DNA of 64,000 bases from Gammaproteobacteria bacterium (GCA_038136775.1 JAYQAJ010000003.1:28302-92301), one strand, 5' to 3'. Positions 33,019-44,322 are shown, counted from the stretch's first letter. The notes: a model not told the origin generated them from the sequence alone. Made by a program: numbers and translations.

Positions 33019-33894
33019 TTAATCGTCTTGCTCTGCAAACAGCTGATCCAGTTTCTGTTCGTATTCGTGATAACCCAAAAAGTCGTACAACTCCATGCGG
33101 GTCTGCATGGTGTCAACGACTGCAGCCTGGGTGCCCTGGGTTCGGATCTCTTGATACACATTGAGTGCAGCCTTATTCATGGCGCGAAACGCTGACAGAG
33201 GATAAAGCGCCATTTCAATACCCACATCGGCAAGCTGTTGCGTGGTGTATAACGGCGTTTGACCAAACTCGGTGAGATTTGCCAGCACTGGCACTCCGGC
33301 AGCGGTAACAATTGACGTGTACATATCAATATCGGTCATCGCCTCGGCAAAAATTGCGTCAGCACCAGCCTCGGCGAAAGCACCGGCTCGGTCCACCACA
33401 GCATTAAACCCGTCTACTGACAAAGCATCGGTACGGGCCATAACCACGAATTGCGCATCCGTTTTTGCATCCATGGCGGCTTTGATTCGATCCACCATCT
33501 CAGCCACCGATACAATGGCCTTATTGGGTCGATGACCGCAGCGTTTCTGCGCGACCTGATCTTCGATGTGCACGGCTGCTGCGCCAGCCTGCGTCATTTC
33601 ACGAATTGTTCGCGCGATATTGAACGCACCACCCCAACCCGTATCAATATCCACCAGCAGCGGCACCTCGGTAGCTGAAGTAATACGGCGTACGTCTTCA
33701 AGCACATCGTTTAGGGACGTCATCCCCAGATCGGGCAAACCATACGAAGCGTTAGCTACCCCACCACCAGACAAATAGATCGCCTTGTAACCTACCTGTT
33801 CGGCCATCAACGCTGTATAGGCGTTAATCGTTCCTGGAATCTGCAATGGTTTTTCGCTGGTATAGGCGGCTCGAAACTTTGCTCCCTGGCTCAT
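33019..33894 (-). CDS. prpB: 2-methylisocitrate lyase
   Basis: YLSGGGVA…[23 protein letters not shown] signature. Start reassigned to ATG 33894 (GAGG upstream). Confidence 0.97.
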   Translation of the reverse strand: MSQGAKFRAAYTSEKPLQIPGTINAYTALMAEQVGYKAIYLSGGGVANASYGLPDLGMTSLNDVLEDVRRITSATEVPLLVDIDTGWGGAFNIARTIREMTQAGAAAVHIEDQVAQKRCGHRPNKAIVSVAEMVDRIKAAMDAKTDAQFVVMARTDALSVDGFNAVVDRAGAFAEAGADAIFAEAMTDIDMYTSIVTAAGVPVLANLTEFGQTPLYTTQQLADVGIEMALYPLSAFRAMNKAALNVYQEIRTQGTQAAVVDTMQTRMELYDFLGYHEYEQKLDQLFAEQDD

Positions 33895-34137
33895 AGACTC
33901 ATCCTCTTTTTCCTGATCTCTTATCTTGACCTTTTTCTCGACTGTTTCGCTGAAGCGCTTCGCTTGTCTCTTATCTATCAGACTGTTAGCGCGCATCTGC
34001 TGGGCAACTGCGCTTTACTAGCGCGATGCCCAAAACTCCAAACTTTTACGGCTCTGGCACCTATCTACGAAGGCGCATTGTACCTTCTCAAGGGATGGCG
34101 CTGGCAATGCTTCACGATCCAATCCCAGTGTTGAGCG

Positions 34138-34731
34138 TTATGAATTAACGATCAAATCTCGCAACTCGTGGTAATTGTTGGCTAGAGCGTATTGCGGATA
34201 CAACTCTCGAACGTTGTCTGGTGCCTGGAAAAAGATACCTAGATCGGCCTCTTCCAACATCGATACATCGTTAAACGAGTCGCCTGCCGCAACAACTCGC
34301 AAATCCAACGACTTGAACGCTTTTACCGAGCAGCGCTTAGGGTCCGTTTGGCGCAATTTGAAGCCCTTGATACGGTCATCCTCGACAATAAGCTTGTGGC
34401 ACAACAAAAACGGTTGATTCAGCTGCGCCATTAGCGGTGCTGCAAATTCGTAGAACGTATCCGAGATGATCGCGACCTGAAAATTTAAGCGCGCCCACTG
34501 TAAAAACTCGTAGGCTCCGGGTAACGGCTCAAGCTTAGCTATCTGCTCCTGCACGTCAGAAAGCGTAATGTCGTGCTGTTCGAGCAGGTCTAACCGGTAA
34601 TTCATCAGATCTTCATAAACTGGAATATCACGGGTGGTTTTTAACAAACCCTCTACCTCCGTGGCATGGGCAACGGCTTGCCAAACCTCAGGAACCAATA
34701 CCCCTTCCAAGTCCAAACACAATACGTCCAC
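34138..34731 (-). CDS. thrH: Phosphoserine phosphatase/homoserine phosphotransferase ThrH
   Basis: CLDLEGVLVPE, TTRDIP, ISDTFYEF, GDSFND. Confidence 0.93.
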   Translation of the reverse strand: MDVLCLDLEGVLVPEVWQAVAHATEVEGLLKTTRDIPVYEDLMNYRLDLLEQHDITLSDVQEQIAKLEPLPGAYEFLQWARLNFQVAIISDTFYEFAAPLMAQLNQPFLLCHKLIVEDDRIKGFKLRQTDPKRCSVKAFKSLDLRVVAAGDSFNDVSMLEEADLGIFFQAPDNVRELYPQYALANNYHELRDLIVNS

Positions 34732-34843
34732 AACTGTCCTTAAAAATTCATGCGGGCGTAAGCATATAGCAACAGGGTCTTTTTGTTCTGTGAAAACCGC
34801 TGGTAGCCTGCGCGAAATTTCAACACAAGGCCCTCAAAGACTG

Positions 34844-35572
34844 ATGAATACGGCAACCGTCGCTGCAGATTTTGGCACCCTAGTAAGTCACAGCAAGGAA
34901 CTACTGGGCACCGCACTAACCGACTACGCGCAGGACAAAATAGCCATATCTTTCAGCGGCGCTGAAGACGTCGTGCTGATTGATTTGGTTCACAAACTTG
35001 GGCTGCAGTGCAATGTATTCAGCCTTGATACAGGACGACTGCATCCAGAGACCTATCGTTACTTCGAAACTGTGCGTAATCACTTTGACCTGACCATCGA
35101 ACTCGTTATGCCAGAACCAAGCGAAGTCACTCAACTAGTACAACAAAAAGGACTTTTCAGCTTTCTCACCGACGGTCACGGGGAATGCTGTAAGGTGCGC
35201 AAAATCAACCCGCTACGGCGCAAACTCACCGGACTCGATGCCTGGATAACCGGTCAACGTATGGATCAGAGCGTGACCAGGGCCGACCTCCCCAGCACAC
35301 AGACCGATGAAGTATTCCAGGGTGCCAGCGGCACGCTGCAAAAGTTCAATCCATTGGCCGCTTGGCGTTCAGCAGACATCTGGAACTATATTCGCGTTAA
35401 CAATGTTCCTTTCAATCCATTGCATGACCAGGGTTTTGTATCCATTGGCTGCGAGCCTTGCACAAGGCCTGTCGGCCCCCACGAGCATGAGCGTGCCGGA
35501 CGCTGGTGGTGGGAGCTAGAAACCCAAAAAGAATGCGGCTTACACAGCCAAAACCTAATCGCCAGCGGCTAG
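34844..35572 (+). CDS. cysH: Assimilatory APS reductase (CysH family, 4Fe-4S type)
   Basis: SFSGAEDVVL, LDTGRLHPETY, ECCKVRK and SIGCEPCT (cluster Cys), GRWWWE, KECGLH. Start reassigned to ATG 34844. Confidence 0.93.
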   Translation: MNTATVAADFGTLVSHSKELLGTALTDYAQDKIAISFSGAEDVVLIDLVHKLGLQCNVFSLDTGRLHPETYRYFETVRNHFDLTIELVMPEPSEVTQLVQQKGLFSFLTDGHGECCKVRKINPLRRKLTGLDAWITGQRMDQSVTRADLPSTQTDEVFQGASGTLQKFNPLAAWRSADIWNYIRVNNVPFNPLHDQGFVSIGCEPCTRPVGPHEHERAGRWWWELETQKECGLHSQNLIASG

Positions 35573-35606
35573 TCGGCTGGTAAGGTTATCGATGGGCGCG
35601 CTGCGC

Positions 35607-36632
<1,026 letters not shown>

Positions 36633-36638
36633 TTAAGA

Positions 36639-36655
36639 AGTTATTTTATATAACT
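36639..36655. promoter_or_regulatory. LysR-type inverted repeat upstream of cysB
   Basis: AGTTAT-N5-ATAACT, containing T-N11-A, in an AT-rich gap ahead of cysB. Confidence 0.45.
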
Positions 36656-36661
36656 AATTTG

Positions 36662-37570
36662 TTACTTCTTATTAACTACCCCGTGGGGCACATGACCTGT
36701 GGGAATATGTTCCGCGGCACGATGACAATGCAATTCATGGTCATCGAAGAAGATATCTGCAGCAAATCCGCGCAAAAACTCAGTTTTTTCCATACCGCCT
36801 AAGAATAGAGACTCATCTAGGCGAATATCCCACTCTCGAAGGGTTCGAATCACTCGCTCATGGGCAGGTGCACCACGAGCCGTCACCAACGCCGTACGGA
36901 TGGGACTTTCCCCATCAGGAAACTCCTGTTGCAGACTTTGTAGTGCGGCCAGGAACGCTTTAAACGGGCCACCGCCTAATAGATCCCCGGCCTTAGTTTG
37001 TTCATGCTCACTAAAGGCATCTAAGCCGTCGCGCTGATAAACCTGTTCGGCTTCATCTGAAAACAGCACTGAATCGCCATCAAAAGCCAGCTTCAATACA
37101 TCGTTGTCGCCATCACTTGAACTGCCACTGCGACCCAACAACGTTGCCGCTGCGACATTTTCCTCCAACGCCATGCGCACATCCTCGCCATGGGTGGACA
37201 AAAACAAATCGCAGCCAAAGGCGCCAATGTAACGATAAGGCGACGCTCCGGAACAAAAGGCAGCACGGGTAATACCCAGGCCGTGGGCTCGAATAGAGTT
37301 GAAAACTCGCAGCCCCGTGTCCGCGGAGTTTCGCGATAAAAGTATTACGTCAACGCGAGGTTTTTCTAATAACTTATTGATATTCAGTATTTTTTTGACC
37401 AAATCATAGCCGTCGCCAGGTTCTAAAATCGAGTCCTCTTGGTCGATTTGATAACGCCGGTAAGCTTCTAAGCCTTGGCTTTCATAGATTTGGTTTGATT
37501 TCGAGAGATCGAACAGCGCTGTAGAGGAAATCGCTACAGTGAGAGGCTTATTGGCGACAGCGTTAGGCAT
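36662..37570 (-). CDS. 5'-nucleotidase (cN-I-like HAD family)
   Basis: VAISSTALFDL, LSRNSADTGLRVFNSI, AFDGDSVLFSDE, LVTARGAPAHERV, IFFDD. Confidence 0.92.
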   Translation of the reverse strand: MPNAVANKPLTVAISSTALFDLSKSNQIYESQGLEAYRRYQIDQEDSILEPGDGYDLVKKILNINKLLEKPRVDVILLSRNSADTGLRVFNSIRAHGLGITRAAFCSGASPYRYIGAFGCDLFLSTHGEDVRMALEENVAAATLLGRSGSSSDGDNDVLKLAFDGDSVLFSDEAEQVYQRDGLDAFSEHEQTKAGDLLGGGPFKAFLAALQSLQQEFPDGESPIRTALVTARGAPAHERVIRTLREWDIRLDESLFLGGMEKTEFLRGFAADIFFDDHELHCHRAAEHIPTGHVPHGVVNKK

Positions 37571-37772
37571 CTAAATCAGGGATCAATTCGCTTTCTAAGC
37601 GATGGATCATATCTTTGATTTTAAGCTTGCGGCGCTTTAATCGCTGGATGCGCATACTGTCATGATGACGCGCTTCCATTAAATGATTGATCACCACATC
37701 TAGATCGCTGTGCTCAACTCGCAGCCCTTCAAGCCACTCCAGTATTCTTTTTTGTTCATCGGCCTGAGTCAA
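37563..37772 (-). CDS. DUF465/YdcH-like small coiled-coil protein
   Basis: LRVEHSDLD…IQRLKRRKLKIKD…IPDLDA; GAGG before the TTG start. Confidence 0.85.
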   Translation of the reverse strand: MTQADEQKRILEWLEGLRVEHSDLDVVINHLMEARHHDSMRIQRLKRRKLKIKDMIHRLESELIPDLDA

Positions 37773-37831
37773 AAGAACAACCTCGTGCTGTAGGAGTCAC
37801 TGCTTTGCAAGTGTTGGAGACGTATAACCAA

Positions 37832-38224
37832 CTAGTCGAATAATGCGGTCACTTCTTCTTCTAGGGCCGTCAGTCGGCGAACCCAGTTGTCGAGCAACAA
37901 GAAATCTTGATCGGTGATGTCGAATGTTCTGGCAATTTCCTTTAGCAGACACTCTTCTTCGACTTCAAAAGCGCCGTCCACGTAGCTCAACTTGAGCAAG
38001 TTGACCACGACGATAATCCTAGAGCGTCTGTCCTGGAAAACGTTTTGAATACCATCGAGTTCTAGATATTCAAGTTCTCCTACCTCACTCAAACCCATTT
38101 CGCGCTTGAGTTCGAACAGCATGTCTTCCTCATTGGGGTCCAGTAGACCATCGGAAACCACGACGTTGTGAGCAAGACGCAACAGCGCATGACGCTGATC
38201 AGTACTGAGTGAGGATAACCACAT
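37832..38224 (-). CDS. TerB-family (tellurite resistance/J-associated fold) protein
   Basis: VVVSDGLLDPNEE…; second repeat SYVDGAFEVEEECLLKEIA…F.I. Confidence 0.75.
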   Translation of the reverse strand: MWLSSLSTDQRHALLRLAHNVVVSDGLLDPNEEDMLFELKREMGLSEVGELEYLELDGIQNVFQDRRSRIIVVVNLLKLSYVDGAFEVEEECLLKEIARTFDITDQDFLLLDNWVRRLTALEEEVTALFD

Positions 38225-38247
38225 AAAAAGCTAGAGAATTTCGCTGC

Positions 38248-38367
38248 TCAGGAAGCCAATTGCTGGACGAGACTAAACACCATGATCAACAGTGAAAGCC
38301 AACCTAAACCAATGAACGCCTTCATAACGATGCCTTGATCGAAGAAGTCTTCAATGAGATGCCACAT
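38248..38367 (-). CDS. Unannotated 39-aa single-TM small protein
   Basis: My translation: MWHLIEDFFDQGIVMKAFIGLGWLSLLIMVFSLVQQLAS*. AGGA 8 nt upstream; ends 23 nt before the terB-like start. Confidence 0.55.
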   Translation of the reverse strand: MWHLIEDFFDQGIVMKAFIGLGWLSLLIMVFSLVQQLAS

Positions 38368-38551
38368 AATCTATGTCCTGCCTATTCCTGGGAAATAATT
38401 CGCGCGCATTTTAGCGTGTCTTGGCGGCAAAGCCATCAAGTCTTTTGCTCTTTTAATACAACCGGCAGGCAAAACTGGGCAGATTGTTATTTTTCAGAGT
38501 ACAAAGGCTGCAGATGCGAAATTAGCTCTACGCCTGAGTTACACTCTTGGG

Positions 38552-41161
38552 GTGGTTAATGCGTTCGTCAAAATTTCTGATTTACTGGCTCAAGCTGCCA
38601 GCGACCACATTATTGTCACGCCAAACGAACGACTGGCCCGGGAACTGCGCAGAGGTTTCAATCAACGGCAACAGCAATGTGGCAACCAAGCTTGGTTAAC
38701 AACTCAGTGTTTGAGTCTAAATCAGTTTTTAACAAGCGAATTCACCAACTGGCAGGACCATTCGAATGATTTAAGGCAACTGCTGCCGGCAAGTGCCCTG
38801 CTATCGCGCTTCTATCAAAGCGCAACACCCACACAACGGCATTTGTCTACAAGCGCTGCCCAAGCCCAAGAGCTGCTTTATCGCTACGACATTGATTTAG
38901 AGCAACTTGAAAGTAATGACACGCAAAGCCAAATGTTTGTCGAATGGGCACGTAGGGTATTTGCTATGCAAACGGCTGAGGAACTATACCCCGCCGAGTT
39001 AGCCAAATTTCTAACTACCGAAAATTATCTTCCCTCCAAGCCCCTGCTGCTCATCGCCTTTGATCATCTGAGCATCACAGAACAGCAGTACCTTATGGCC
39101 GCATATGCGACATCAGGAGTCGCTTACTGGAGCGAACAGGATGAAATGTTGGATTTTGCAGTGGCTTTCTCTGACGTTGCTAAATCGTTCACCAAATCCA
39201 TTGATCCACCGCGAGTAAAACCACGCTTGTATGGCTTCGACTCCCTTGCCGAAGAGCTTGCCGCCGCCGCCGCCTGGGCTGCAGACATTTGTCGGCAACA
39301 ACCCGAAGCTCGAGTCGCAGTGGTTGTACCGCAACTGTCTAAACACTATCTGCGTGTGCAACGACAGTTTGCGGTGACCCTAGACCCGAGCCAAGGAAGC
39401 GCTACTCGGTGCTTCGACCTTTCTGGCGGCACGCCGCTAAATACTCAACCAGCTTGGACTCACGCGCTCGCGTTTCTCACGTGGTGCTCCAAACCAGCAG
39501 ACCAAACCACGATAGAGAACGTCGCGTTCTCACCCTTTCTCAACGCTCCATGGAGTCACCAAACGTTAAAAAATTGGATACCAGGACAGCGCCATTTAGC
39601 TTTGTCTGCCTTGGCAAAAGAGCCCAGTGCAGCACTATTGCTAAAGCATCTCAGCCAAGCCCCGCTCCATGCCAGCTTTGGCTTTTGGCTTACCCATATT
39701 GAAGCCTTGTTAAGTGTTGTCGATTGGCCGTGCATCGGCGATTTGGAGTCCAGCCAGTTTCAAGCGGTAGCGCAGATAAGAGAGACCATAAACGCCCTGG
39801 CTAGACAACACACTGGAGACGAGGAACCAACGACCTACGAAGGCGCCTTGGAACTCTTGGATCTGCATCTGCTGAATCGTGTTTTCGCGCCCCAACGACC
39901 GGCTAGCCAGGTACAAATTCTGGGACTACTGGAAACCACGGGGCTGGAGTATTCCCACCTTTGGGTCAGCGGCATGGACGCCAACAGCTTTCCCCAGAGC
40001 GCGCAGCACAACCCATTTATACCCACCCGCATAGCGCAACAGCATCGCCTGCCAAGAATCACCCCAAATCAAGAACTGGAATTCTCAAACCGGATACTGA
40101 GCCAGTGGCTGCAAAGTGGCGCTGACATATGCTTTAGCTATGTACGCATGCAGGACGCCTATGAAGTCCTTCCCAGCCTACCTGTAACGGCGGTAGCGGA
40201 ACTCATCCCAACAAACGCCAGTGCGCGAGCGAATCTGTCTCAGTACCACCCGTACCTACAAGCCAACGACGTTCCGCTAGAACAGTTCGAAGATTGGAGC
40301 GGCACGCCGCTACCAGACGGCCTTGTACAGGGCGGCAGTAGAATACTACAGGACCAGCTGGAATGTCCGTTCCGCTCCTATGCACGTCATCGCCTAGGTA
40401 TACGCCAAGACCGCGAACCAAGCGACTTTCCCGACGCCTTAGAGCGAGGCATTGTTTTACACAGTGTTATGCAATTGCTTGGCAACCGGTGCAGCACGAG
40501 TGAACAGCTAGTGGCGCTGACATCCGAGGAAATTTATGCGGCTTGCGAACACGTATTGATGCAACGGCGGCCCCTGCCAACGTCATTCGTCGCGAATGAA
40601 TGCGCAAGACTGAGTGCATTAATCGAGCAATGGATAGCAATTGAACAGTTACGCTTCCCCTTTTTTATAGACGCAACTGAGCAAAATTATCAGCTGAATC
40701 TAGAAGGCCTTACATTCAACTTAAGGGTTGACCGTATAGACCGCCAACAAGAAACCTTAACGGTCTTTGACTATAAAACCTCTAGCCGCACCATCAACGG
40801 CGCTACCAAATCTCCGCCAACAGATTTGCAATTGCCCATTTACAGCTTGTTGGATCCAGACATCAGCAATGTGGTGTATGCCTGCATCGGCGACAAAGAA
40901 GTAAAGGCCACAGGTATCGGTGAACAGCCTCTGGATTCCGCAAATAAAGGTGAGCTGAAAATTCATTCGCCGAAAATTTCATGGACGGAACAACGTGAAC
41001 AATGGCGTCAAACACTGAGCGAACTTGCCCGCTCTATACAACAGGGCGACGCTCGCGTGACACCACAGAAAAATGCTTGCCGCTACTGCCACCTGCAAAG
41101 TTTCTGCCGCATTAACGCTGAAAACGAAGACGAGAGTGTCGATGAGCCATTCAACGCCTAG
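38552..41161 (+). CDS. addB: AddB-like helicase-nuclease subunit (PD-(D/E)XK nuclease, Fe-S staple)
   Basis: Degenerate helicase N-terminus (IIVTPNERLAR), LECPF plus C-terminal CRYCHLQSFCR (4 Cys), RVDRID…FDYKT. Confidence 0.85.
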   Translation: MVNAFVKISDLLAQAASDHIIVTPNERLARELRRGFNQRQQQCGNQAWLTTQCLSLNQFLTSEFTNWQDHSNDLRQLLPASALLSRFYQSATPTQRHLSTSAAQAQELLYRYDIDLEQLESNDTQSQMFVEWARRVFAMQTAEELYPAELAKFLTTENYLPSKPLLLIAFDHLSITEQQYLMAAYATSGVAYWSEQDEMLDFAVAFSDVAKSFTKSIDPPRVKPRLYGFDSLAEELAAAAAWAADICRQQPEARVAVVVPQLSKHYLRVQRQFAVTLDPSQGSATRCFDLSGGTPLNTQPAWTHALAFLTWCSKPADQTTIENVAFSPFLNAPWSHQTLKNWIPGQRHLALSALAKEPSAALLLKHLSQAPLHASFGFWLTHIEALLSVVDWPCIGDLESSQFQAVAQIRETINALARQHTGDEEPTTYEGALELLDLHLLNRVFAPQRPASQVQILGLLETTGLEYSHLWVSGMDANSFPQSAQHNPFIPTRIAQQHRLPRITPNQELEFSNRILSQWLQSGADICFSYVRMQDAYEVLPSLPVTAVAELIPTNASARANLSQYHPYLQANDVPLEQFEDWSGTPLPDGLVQGGSRILQDQLECPFRSYARHRLGIRQDREPSDFPDALERGIVLHSVMQLLGNRCSTSEQLVALTSEEIYAACEHVLMQRRPLPTSFVANECARLSALIEQWIAIEQLRFPFFIDATEQNYQLNLEGLTFNLRVDRIDRQQETLTVFDYKTSSRTINGATKSPPTDLQLPIYSLLDPDISNVVYACIGDKEVKATGIGEQPLDSANKGELKIHSPKISWTEQREQWRQTLSELARSIQQGDARVTPQKNACRYCHLQSFCRINAENEDESVDEPFNA

Positions 41162-44100
41162 CGATCAGGCTGCAAGGGACAAAGCCGTCGACCCAACACG
41201 CTCTTGTATTGTGCAAGCGCCCGCCGGCTCAGGAAAAACCACGCTGTTGGTGCAGCGTTACATGAACCTACTTTGTATTGCCGAGCGCCCAGAAGAAATT
41301 CTCGCCATTACATTCACTCGCAAAGCCGCAGCCGAGATGAAACAGCGCATTCTGCTGGCGTTAGAAAAAGACGATGCGGTAGCTGCTCGGGTACGCAAGC
41401 GAGATCTTGAGGCCAACTGGGGAATTCGACAAAACCCCAACAGACTAAAAGTCCAAACCATCGACAGCTTCGCCATGGAACTGGCCACCCGCATCCCCCG
41501 CCAAGACAGTGTTGCCGGCCTAAAATTATTGGATTCAGCTGATCATTTATATGAAGGCGCTTGTGAGGCACTGTTTGAGCAACTCACCAGTGGCCAGTCT
41601 AGCGCACCGTTTGTTGCGGAATTTCTCGCCTTTGTAAACAACGATGCCGCCAATGCAACGTCCCTACTATGTCAAATGCTGGCGCGCCGTGATCAGTGGC
41701 TGGACTTCAATAACGCCTTCGCTTTGGAAAATGCAGGTTCGCCAGAGCAGATTCAACCGTTGCTTGAACAAGCGCTAGTAGAACTCCGTCAACAGGTATT
41801 GCACGCAGCAGCAAATGCTCTGTCCACTGCGCACAAGCAAACTATCCAGTCTCTATACGCTGTAGTTTTTAACGAGGATCCTGCTGCAGATTTACATAGC
41901 GACCTGGCAGCTATAGCTCCCCTGCTGTTAACTGGCAAAAAGCTTCGCAAAAGCATAGACAAACGAGCACATCCGGCTTTCGCCGACAAAACCCTGCGGG
42001 ACACCGTTAAAGCACTACTGGCAGAACTGGCCGCTACCAACATAACTGAGCACTTCCAGCACATTCAGCATCTGCCACCAAGCAGCATAGACCCGACTCA
42101 AAGCGACATTCTTGCAACCGTTAGCCTTTGCCTGGCCCTTTGCGCAGTTGCTCTGCAAGAAATTTTCGCCCAGGAAGGCGCCATTGATTTTACTGAGCTG
42201 CAAATTCGCGCCACTTCAGGCCTGCGCGACGAATTCGGCCCTACCGACCTGGCCCTGTACTTTGACTACAAAATCCACCATCTGCTGGTGGATGAATTCC
42301 AAGACACCTCGCGCGCCCAATTAAATTTCTTTCAATTGCTAACCGAAGGCTGGCAAGCAGATGACAGCAATACAGTGTTTGCAGTGGGCGACCCGATGCA
42401 ATCCATTTATCGATTTCGCGACGCCGATGTGGCTATTTTCGCTCAATGTCGCGATCAGGGATTAGGCAGTCTGCCGTTAGAGCCTCTGGATCTGGTCGCT
42501 AACTTTCGCTCGGCCGCCGAATTAGTTGACTGGAATAACGCTCTGTTTCGCCAACTACTTCCTGAGCACAGCACGCCACGATTGGGCGCAGTGCGCTTTG
42601 GCGTAGCCGAAGCTGCGGCAAACGTAGCTGGTGCAACCGGCGTTATTTGCCAAGCTTATGCCCAAGCAGACACCGAACTTAGCGGGGTTTTGGCCCATGT
42701 CGAATCATTGCAAAGCCATGGCGGGAGCGTTGGCATTTTATGCCGCTCTCGCGGCCATCTACAGCCGCTCCTAGCAGCTCTGACAGACTCCGGCATTAAG
42801 TGGCGATCTACCGACATTGACCTACTTGCCGATCTGCCGGTGATTCAAGATCTCATGAACCTATATCGCATCTTGAAGAATCCCGAACACCGACTGTCTT
42901 GGTTCAGCATACTGCGCAGCCCGCTAGTCGGATTGCGCTTAGCGCAACTACAGCGACTTGAGTCAGTTGAAGACTTCGCCGAGGAATTACCAGCCTTCGC
43001 AGCAGAATTTAATGCGCTACAACGCCTGATAAGCGCCGTTGACTGGGCGCAAAAGCATGCATATGAATTCCCTTTACGTGAAGTTATTGAAGGCTTGTGG
43101 CTCCGTCTAGGCGGCATGAACGCTTATGACACCATCGCCTTAGGGCACGCAATGCGCTGGTTTGAACTACTCGAAGAACTGGGTTCAGATGCTTACCAGC
43201 AACCCATTCTCGAGCGTGCCGTTGAACGATTATTCGCCAACAGCGCAAGCGATGCCCAAGTTGAGGTAATGACTATCCACAAGGCCAAGGGCCTTGAATT
43301 TGACCATGTCATTGTGCCGTTTTTGCACCGTGGTACTCGACACGATGAAGCGCCTCTCATGCTCTGGCAGAGCGATGGCAGGCATCTACTCATAGGTGCC
43401 AAAAGCGACCCCATTCATAAGTGGCTGCACTACGAAGACAAAATCCGAGCAGCTAACGAGCGTAAACGTTTGCTATACGTGGCATGCACTCGAGCGCGCA
43501 ATAGTTTATGGCTTAGTTATCAAAGCGATGATCCAGACAAAGCCAGTGGTATGGCTGAGTGGATTAAAGACCTGGCTCAATATGTAGAAGATGTTAATAG
43601 CACGGCATTGATTAGCGACCAGCCTAAGGCGCCATTGCTAACAGCACTGCCTGAAGACTACCGCTGGACAGCCCCAGCTGTGTCCCACACAACTATAAAT
43701 ACTGATGCCCTATTAGCCTCCGATGATCTAATTGGTAGCCGTTTCGAGGTGGCCCTGGGACACCTGGTTCATAAGGCTATGGCGTGGCTCGCGACCACTC
43801 AAGCCAGCCACTCGGACTTACTACCTGCACGATTGGAAAATTGGACCGCACAGCTGGATGTCGATCCAGGTGAGCTACCCCGGCTCATTCTCCAAGCACA
43901 ACAGCACCTTGAGCAAGTATGCTCAAACAAGCAGGGACAATGGCTTCTGAGCAGTCATGAGGGCGCGCAGTGTGAATGGGCTATCAGCGGCCTGGACAGC
44001 CAAGGACAAGTGCGCAGCGCAATAATCGACCGCTACTTTGTGGTGGGCCAGGAACGCTGGATCATCGACTATAAAACCGCTACACCAAATACAGAGGACA

Positions 44101-44270
44101 CCTCGCAAGAGCAATTTTTGCAAGAGCAATTTTTGCAAGAGCAAAAGGAACGTTATCGACCCCAGCTAGAACGTTATAAACAACTCGTGGCTAAATTATT
44201 TTCTGACGACCCATTACCCATTCGCACCGCTTTGTATTTCACCGGGTTAGGTGAACTGCACGAACTGTAA
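41142..44270 (+). CDS. addA: AddA-like UvrD helicase-nuclease
   Basis: APAGSGKT, LAITFTRKAA.EM, LLVDEFQDTS, VGDPMQSIYRFR, MTIHKAKGLEFD, LLYVACTRAR, nuclease IIDR…IIDYKT. Start at ATG 41142, overlapping addB. Confidence 0.9.
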   Translation: MSHSTPSDQAARDKAVDPTRSCIVQAPAGSGKTTLLVQRYMNLLCIAERPEEILAITFTRKAAAEMKQRILLALEKDDAVAARVRKRDLEANWGIRQNPNRLKVQTIDSFAMELATRIPRQDSVAGLKLLDSADHLYEGACEALFEQLTSGQSSAPFVAEFLAFVNNDAANATSLLCQMLARRDQWLDFNNAFALENAGSPEQIQPLLEQALVELRQQVLHAAANALSTAHKQTIQSLYAVVFNEDPAADLHSDLAAIAPLLLTGKKLRKSIDKRAHPAFADKTLRDTVKALLAELAATNITEHFQHIQHLPPSSIDPTQSDILATVSLCLALCAVALQEIFAQEGAIDFTELQIRATSGLRDEFGPTDLALYFDYKIHHLLVDEFQDTSRAQLNFFQLLTEGWQADDSNTVFAVGDPMQSIYRFRDADVAIFAQCRDQGLGSLPLEPLDLVANFRSAAELVDWNNALFRQLLPEHSTPRLGAVRFGVAEAAANVAGATGVICQAYAQADTELSGVLAHVESLQSHGGSVGILCRSRGHLQPLLAALTDSGIKWRSTDIDLLADLPVIQDLMNLYRILKNPEHRLSWFSILRSPLVGLRLAQLQRLESVEDFAEELPAFAAEFNALQRLISAVDWAQKHAYEFPLREVIEGLWLRLGGMNAYDTIALGHAMRWFELLEELGSDAYQQPILERAVERLFANSASDAQVEVMTIHKAKGLEFDHVIVPFLHRGTRHDEAPLMLWQSDGRHLLIGAKSDPIHKWLHYEDKIRAANERKRLLYVACTRARNSLWLSYQSDDPDKASGMAEWIKDLAQYVEDVNSTALISDQPKAPLLTALPEDYRWTAPAVSHTTINTDALLASDDLIGSRFEVALGHLVHKAMAWLATTQASHSDLLPARLENWTAQLDVDPGELPRLILQAQQHLEQVCSNKQGQWLLSSHEGAQCEWAISGLDSQGQVRSAIIDRYFVVGQERWIIDYKTATPNTEDTSQEQFLQEQFLQEQKERYRPQLERYKQLVAKLFSDDPLPIRTALYFTGLGELHEL
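44105..44144 (+). repeat. 15-bp tandem repeat (gcaagagcaattttt) x2.7, in frame in addA (QEQFL-QEQFL-QEQ)
   Basis: Read directly from the sequence. Confidence 0.9.
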
Positions 44271-44284
44271 CCCCAGACCAATGA

Positions 44285-44312
44285 TTGATTTTTATCGTCA
44301 TGGGTTTAGTAT
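44285..44312 (+). promoter_or_regulatory. Candidate sigma70 promoter for the leader/DAHP synthase transcript
   Basis: TTGATT-N16-TAGTAT (4/6 and 4/6 to consensus), 10 nt before leader ATG 44323. Confidence 0.4.
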
Positions 44313-44322
44313 TCGCGACGTT

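Noticed and set aside
33895-33996. Long N-terminal extensions in the ORF track (prpB; similarly cysH, moaC, rarA, clpS, addA, cspD)
   Set aside because: They come from the longest-ORF start rule; homology begins at downstream starts, which I used instead.
34002-34031. Imperfect GC-rich hairpin between thrH and prpB
   Set aside because: No U-tract on either strand and no recognisable RNA family; too weak to call.
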